Shown: piece after piece, positions 26,678-32,000 of the stretch | Numbering within the stretch: the first letter of the stretch is position 1 | Layout: each line of letters starts with the position of its first letter | Source: Psychrobacter sp. DM4 | GTDB taxonomy: Bacteria; Pseudomonadota; Gammaproteobacteria; Pseudomonadales; Moraxellaceae | Length of the DNA: 32,000 nucleotides | Direction: 5' to 3' | Assembly (NCBI RefSeq): GCF_051307035.1 | Contig: NZ_CP195536.1 | Coordinates: 2,580,001-2,612,000, forward strand | Program-made: the position numbers and the translations under genes | Notes under the pieces: generated by a model | Databases searched by the model: none | Told to the model about the DNA's origin: nothing | The model's input: only the letters and a program-made list of their open reading frames with translations

Positions 26678-27280
26678 CTACTGTCTCATCTTTTTGATAA
26701 AGCTATCCATGCCGCCAGATAACTTATCACTACTCGACTCTTGGATACTTTGCGCCAACGCCAATAATTGTGCGGTGTTGTCACATTGCTCTAAGTTTAA
26801 AAGATAGCCCCAAGCCTCTTGCGGCGGTGCGTTTTTTTCGATGTAAGTGGCAAGTTCTGACTTCAATATCTCGTAATTGGCATCTGGCAGCTTAGACTTT
26901 GGTGGATTTCCGATAGAGGCTACTTCATCTAGCTTTTGACTGTTAAAAGTTCGCTCAAATTCAGCTTCACTATTTTGTATAGTCGGTTTTGTTATTGACG
27001 ATGGTCTAGATACCCTTGGCGTAGAAGAAGATGGACTTTTTGAAGAACCAATAACTTCAATACAATCGAACTCTAACAATAGCTCAAACAATGGCGTGAC
27101 GCCGCCAAAACTTGCAAACATTTTGCTTTGGTTCAAAGTATCTAAATAGTTTTGATAGGTCCTTTTACCATCAATCATAATGAGCAATGTTCTTGCCTCT
27201 CGCGGCAAAACTCCTATGCTATGATTTTTGATCTCATCGCGACCTATTTCGCTTTTTTGAAAAACATCACCATATTTCAT
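26678..27280 (-). CDS. Hypothetical protein, 200 aa, first gene of the BLUF cluster
   Basis: Clean ORF co-oriented with both BLUF genes, 87 nt upstream of paralog 2. It has an N-terminal globular region (LPREARTLLIMIDGKRTYQNYLDTL...), a Ser/Pro-rich linker (SSKSPSSSTPRVSRPSSITKPT) and a helical C-terminal region. I recognise no family. Confidence 0.7.
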   Translation of the reverse strand: MKYGDVFQKSEIGRDEIKNHSIGVLPREARTLLIMIDGKRTYQNYLDTLNQSKMFASFGGVTPLFELLLEFDCIEVIGSSKSPSSSTPRVSRPSSITKPTIQNSEAEFERTFNSQKLDEVASIGNPPKSKLPDANYEILKSELATYIEKNAPPQEAWGYLLNLEQCDNTAQLLALAQSIQESSSDKLSGGMDSFIKKMRQ

Positions 27281-27542
27281 TTTTTATTTCCAATACTATT
27301 ATAAAGATTACAGTCATCACATTAGGATGCTGTTTGAACCAAGATACAGGGTAATAAGCATAAAACATGCCAACTGCTACTGTAGTAGTACTTGTTTTTT
27401 TGATTGGTCAGTAATGATACTTACTATTTTTTGTATAATATCAATATTTATGAATGAAGGACAGCCATAAAACTAAACCTTAGTTTTATAGAATATAATC
27501 TATTATTTTTTAATACCTTTCATTATTTAAAGAAGCTGATTT

Positions 27543-27579
27543 AAAAAACAAAAAACCTACACCAGAAATTCAGTGTAGG
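27543..27579 (-). terminator. Rho-independent terminator downstream of ihfA
   Basis: On the minus strand, CCUACAC-loop-GUGUAGG (plus-strand coordinates 27556-27579) is followed by UUUUUUGUUUUUU. Confidence 0.7.
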
Positions 27580-27758
27580 CTAGTTTTAAGAGAACAGACG
27601 GTACTATTAGAGGGCTAGTTGGTAACCCGAAATAGCAAATATCCTAATATAAAGACATAAAATTATTATAGGATTGGCATATTACCAGTAATAAATATAT
27701 TTATTTTTATATTATGCAAACATTATTTGGTACTTGTACTATTGAGTACAAAAAACAA

Positions 27759-28058
27759 TTACGCTTCAATTAAATGCTCATCTACTTTTTGGCGAAATTT
27801 TTGACCCGTTTTAAAAGTGACTACTCGGCGTGCTGAGACAGCGACCGGCTCCCCTGTCTTAGGATTACGACCTGGGCGACTATTTTTGTCTTTTAGCTCA
27901 AAATTGCCAAAGCCTGAGAGCTTGACTTCTCGTCCCTCAATCAAGTTATCAGCGAGTTCATCAAAGAAATTCTCTACTAAGCAGCGACCTTCTTGACGCG
28001 TTAGGTCCAAATGACTCATTAAATGCTCAATCATGTCAGATTTTGTCAGGGTACTCAC
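27759..28058 (-). CDS. ihfA: Integration host factor subunit alpha
   Basis: 99 aa with LTKSDMIEHL, KLSGFGNFELKDKNSRPGRNPKTGE and VVTFKTGQK. GTG start with an AGGAG Shine-Dalgarno 7 nt upstream. Shows the conserved pheS-pheT-ihfA synteny. Confidence 0.95.
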   Translation of the reverse strand: MSTLTKSDMIEHLMSHLDLTRQEGRCLVENFFDELADNLIEGREVKLSGFGNFELKDKNSRPGRNPKTGEPVAVSARRVVTFKTGQKFRQKVDEHLIEA

Positions 28059-28206
28059 AATACGGCTCCTACATTAGCTCTAAATGGGTTGTCAGAATTT
28101 TATGCTATCGCCTACTATTATATAGGATTTTTGTTACCTTTTTAATAAAATCGTTTATTAATAAATAGTTAGCTATTTCCATGGTTCAAAAACGTATAGA
28201 TTTTCT

Positions 28207-30621
28207 CTAACTGTCACGAAGTTGTACTGAATACTGATCCATAAGCACTTGTACCACTTTGTCAGTCGCAGTCTTGATTACCTCATCTGATAAGGTCTGC
28301 GTACTATCTTGCCATATCAAAGCAAAGGCAAGAGAGCGCTGGTTATCTGGGACTTTATCGCCTTGATAAACATCAAACAACCAAAGATCAGTAAGTAGCT
28401 CGCCTGCGGCAACATGTATTGAAGACTCTAGTGTCTGCAAACTAATATCACTATTTACTAGTATAGCGATGTCACGGCGTACTTGTGGAAACTTACTTGG
28501 AGTCGTGATGATACGCGGCTCGCGAGCAAGGGTTAGCATAGGCGACAACGATAACTGAGCGACCCAAGTCGTTGGCATGTCCAACTGTTTGGCGGTATTA
28601 GGATGTAACTGACCCAGCCAACCGACATATTCATCGTCGATATATAGCTTGGCGCTTTGTCCTGGATGCAAAAATGCGAGCTGACTACGCTCATAACGAA
28701 TGCGAGCTCTATCGATCTGCGCAGGTAGTAATTGCTCAATATCATGCTTGAGATCATAAAAGTCTAACGCGCGGTTTTGGTAAGCTTGCTCATCCCAGAT
28801 ATCACCGACTGCAACCAAAGCAATACTTGGCGTTTGTACCAAATCACTAATGCTTTGGCCGACAAAGCTAAGACCTGTCTCAAAGAAACGCACGCGTGGC
28901 TGCTGACGATTAAGATTATATTGCACACAAGGCAATAAGCTGGATAGCAAGGTACGGCGCATCACAGCTAAATCACTAGAGATCGGATTGGCTAGTGCGA
29001 GTACCTCTCCTAACGCAGCATCATCTAATAATGCTTCTAGCTTTGCATTACTAAAACTAAAGCTAATCGCCTCCATATAACCGTTATCGACCAGCGATAG
29101 CTTCATCTCATGCGTCAAATCCGCTGTGTCATCGTAGTTCATACTAACTTGCAAATGCGGTAGTACGCTTGGGATATTCTCATAGCCATAGATACGCGCA
29201 ATCTCTTCTATTAGATCCTCGCGGATACTCATATCGAAGCGATACGATGGCGGCGTACAAATCAAGCTATCTGTTTGTAGCTCTACCTCAAACCCTAATT
29301 GAGTCAAAATACGTACCATGATGGCAGGTTCAATCTCAATGCCGATGACATCACGTACTTTAGCAATGGGCAGAGTAATGGGCGCACGTGCTGGTAGATG
29401 CTTGGTACTCTCCACTTTTACGGTTTGACCTATTTGAGCGCCTGTGACCTTGACTATCAAATCACAAGCGCGTGCTAATGCCAGCTCAGGTAATTCAAAG
29501 TCCACGCCGCGCTCAAAACGCTGTGAGGCATCAGTATGTAAGCCAAAACGGCGTGCACGCGCCGCAATAGCTAACGGGCTAAAAAACGCACTCTCTAATA
29601 CAATATTGGTTGTGCTATCGGTCACGCAACTCCGCTTGCCCCCCATAATACCTGCTAGAGCAAGTACGCCTTTATCATCAGCGATGACCAACTCATCGCC
29701 CGTTAAGGTAATGGTTTGGTCATTGAGTAAAGTAATGGTCTCGGCAGGATTTGCCAAACGTACCACGATATCACCTACAAGGGTATCGGCGTCAAACGCA
29801 TGTAGCGGCTGACCCAATTCCATCAATATATAATTCGTCAGATCAACTAAAAAGTTGTGTGAACGTAATCCTGATTGGACTAAGGCATCTTGCATCCATT
29901 TTGGCGTAGCAATACTACGATCAAAAGTGCTAATTGATTGTAGTAAATAGCGGGGACAAGCTTCAACAGCTTCTACCGCTACGGCTGGCATCGTAGCGTT
30001 AGTAGCATTGTTGGTCGTTATCACGTTGTGAGCGATCTGCGGCGGCTGTAGGGGCAAATCGTTAATGACTGATATTTCGCGCGCGATACCACGAACACTA
30101 AAGCAATCACCGCGATTTGGGGTAATTGAGATATCCAATATTTGATTGTCTAAACCCAAATACTCACGAATATCTATGCCGACTGGTGCATCAGCCGGCA
30201 GCTCAAGCAGACCATCAATATTATCAGTCAAATCAATCTCTGATGCACCGCAAAGCATACCGTTAGAGTCAACGCCGCGTAGGTTGCCGTTTTTGATTTT
30301 AAAGCCAGTACCATCATCAGAAGGTAGGACCGCACCAACGGTAGCAACGGGTGCTTTCATACCCACATAGACATTAGGCGCACCGCAAACAATTTGTAGC
30401 AGCTCAGCTGTACCAATATTGACCTGAGTGACGCGTAGTTTATCGGCATCAGGGTGTGGCTCCATACTGACGACTTCACCGACGACGACACCACTAAAGC
30501 TGCGAGCGACTGCAAAGCGATCATCAATCTCAAGCCCTGCCATGGTCAGCTGTTCTGCTAATTGCTCACTAGTATTGTTTGGGTTTACCCATTGACGTAA
30601 CCACTGTTCGCTAATTTTCAT
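28207..30621 (-). CDS. pheT: Phenylalanine--tRNA ligase beta subunit
   Basis: 804 aa starting MKISEQWLRQWVNP, with tRNA-binding, B3/4, B5 and FDX-ACB domain order typical of PheT. It lies directly downstream of pheS. Confidence 0.97.
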   Translation of the reverse strand: MKISEQWLRQWVNPNNTSEQLAEQLTMAGLEIDDRFAVARSFSGVVVGEVVSMEPHPDADKLRVTQVNIGTAELLQIVCGAPNVYVGMKAPVATVGAVLPSDDGTGFKIKNGNLRGVDSNGMLCGASEIDLTDNIDGLLELPADAPVGIDIREYLGLDNQILDISITPNRGDCFSVRGIAREISVINDLPLQPPQIAHNVITTNNATNATMPAVAVEAVEACPRYLLQSISTFDRSIATPKWMQDALVQSGLRSHNFLVDLTNYILMELGQPLHAFDADTLVGDIVVRLANPAETITLLNDQTITLTGDELVIADDKGVLALAGIMGGKRSCVTDSTTNIVLESAFFSPLAIAARARRFGLHTDASQRFERGVDFELPELALARACDLIVKVTGAQIGQTVKVESTKHLPARAPITLPIAKVRDVIGIEIEPAIMVRILTQLGFEVELQTDSLICTPPSYRFDMSIREDLIEEIARIYGYENIPSVLPHLQVSMNYDDTADLTHEMKLSLVDNGYMEAISFSFSNAKLEALLDDAALGEVLALANPISSDLAVMRRTLLSSLLPCVQYNLNRQQPRVRFFETGLSFVGQSISDLVQTPSIALVAVGDIWDEQAYQNRALDFYDLKHDIEQLLPAQIDRARIRYERSQLAFLHPGQSAKLYIDDEYVGWLGQLHPNTAKQLDMPTTWVAQLSLSPMLTLAREPRIITTPSKFPQVRRDIAILVNSDISLQTLESSIHVAAGELLTDLWLFDVYQGDKVPDNQRSLAFALIWQDSTQTLSDEVIKTATDKVVQVLMDQYSVQLRDS

Positions 30622-30688
30622 AAATATCTCGGATCAGAATTTTATAATAAAGATTTTGGATTAAAGGTTGGCGTATAAGTAGTAAAAT

Positions 30689-31789
<1,101 letters not shown>

Positions 31790-31896
31790 TTAAGTAAAAT
31801 TTGCAAACTATCTACTTGATAGACTATCTCTTTTCGTATTATAGAAATAAAAGCGAGTCATCAAAAACGGCTCAAACCCTTTAAATGATTTGATAT

Positions 31897-31926
31897 AAAA
31901 AAAGCCACCGACCAGCGGTAGCTTTT
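31897..31926 (-). terminator. Rho-independent terminator of the gene upstream of pheS (probably the end of the rplT operon, not visible in the window)
   Basis: On the minus strand, GCUACCG-CUGGU-CGGUGGC (one G-U pair; plus-strand coordinates 31904-31922) is followed by seven U (A-run 31897-31903 on the plus strand). Confidence 0.65.
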
Positions 31927-32000
31927 ATTAATATTAACCTATTAATGCATATCACTCTTATCTGTTAGACGCTTAGAATTCAAAAATCTAAAGACAGACC

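Noticed and set aside
31808-31861. 17-aa mini-ORF (-) MTRFYFYNTKRDSLSSR upstream of pheS, considered as a pheM-like attenuation leader peptide
   Set aside because: It has only two Phe codons, against the five Phe in the leader of E. coli pheM. No terminator/antiterminator hairpin with a U-tract lies between it and pheS. The only good terminator (31897-31926) lies upstream of the mini-ORF and more plausibly ends the preceding operon.

Overview
Chromosomal window from a moderately low-GC gammaproteobacterium. Gene content and protein sequences suggest Moraxellaceae, probably Psychrobacter, but this is inference, not a search result. Most of the window is a conserved housekeeping backbone. In order: a partial lipoprotein gene, ycgN, a dienelactone hydrolase, a 1036-aa DUF2339-type membrane protein, rbgA/ylqF, mutY, tesB, rapA, a Cache/HAMP histidine kinase with an output-less dual-receiver response regulator, a D-2-hydroxyacid dehydrogenase, a BVMO-type flavin monooxygenase, rluA, trxA-rho with a long rho leader, a glycine-zipper lipoprotein, ypfJ, a hyper-acidic lipoprotein, two tandem BLUF photoreceptor genes behind an unknown 200-aa gene, and ihfA-pheT-pheS. 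I saw no rRNA, tRNA, CRISPR array, transposase or integrase. The most interesting locus is a compact low-GC three-gene cassette at 6228-7685, wedged between rbgA and mutY. It encodes a 4-helix membrane protein, a 42-aa single-helix micro-protein absent from the ORF track, and a 309-aa soluble protein with no motif I recognise. The three genes have overlapping start/stop codons, and short direct repeats flank the cassette. I consider it a candidate horizontally acquired, membrane-associated system, possibly phage defence or abortive infection; function is unproven. Secondary loci of interest are the BLUF-BLUF-unknown gene cluster (25597-27280) and the kinase/dual-REC pair (13844-17179). Several start codons in the ORF track look over-extended through TTG starts, and I moved them to downstream ATGs.
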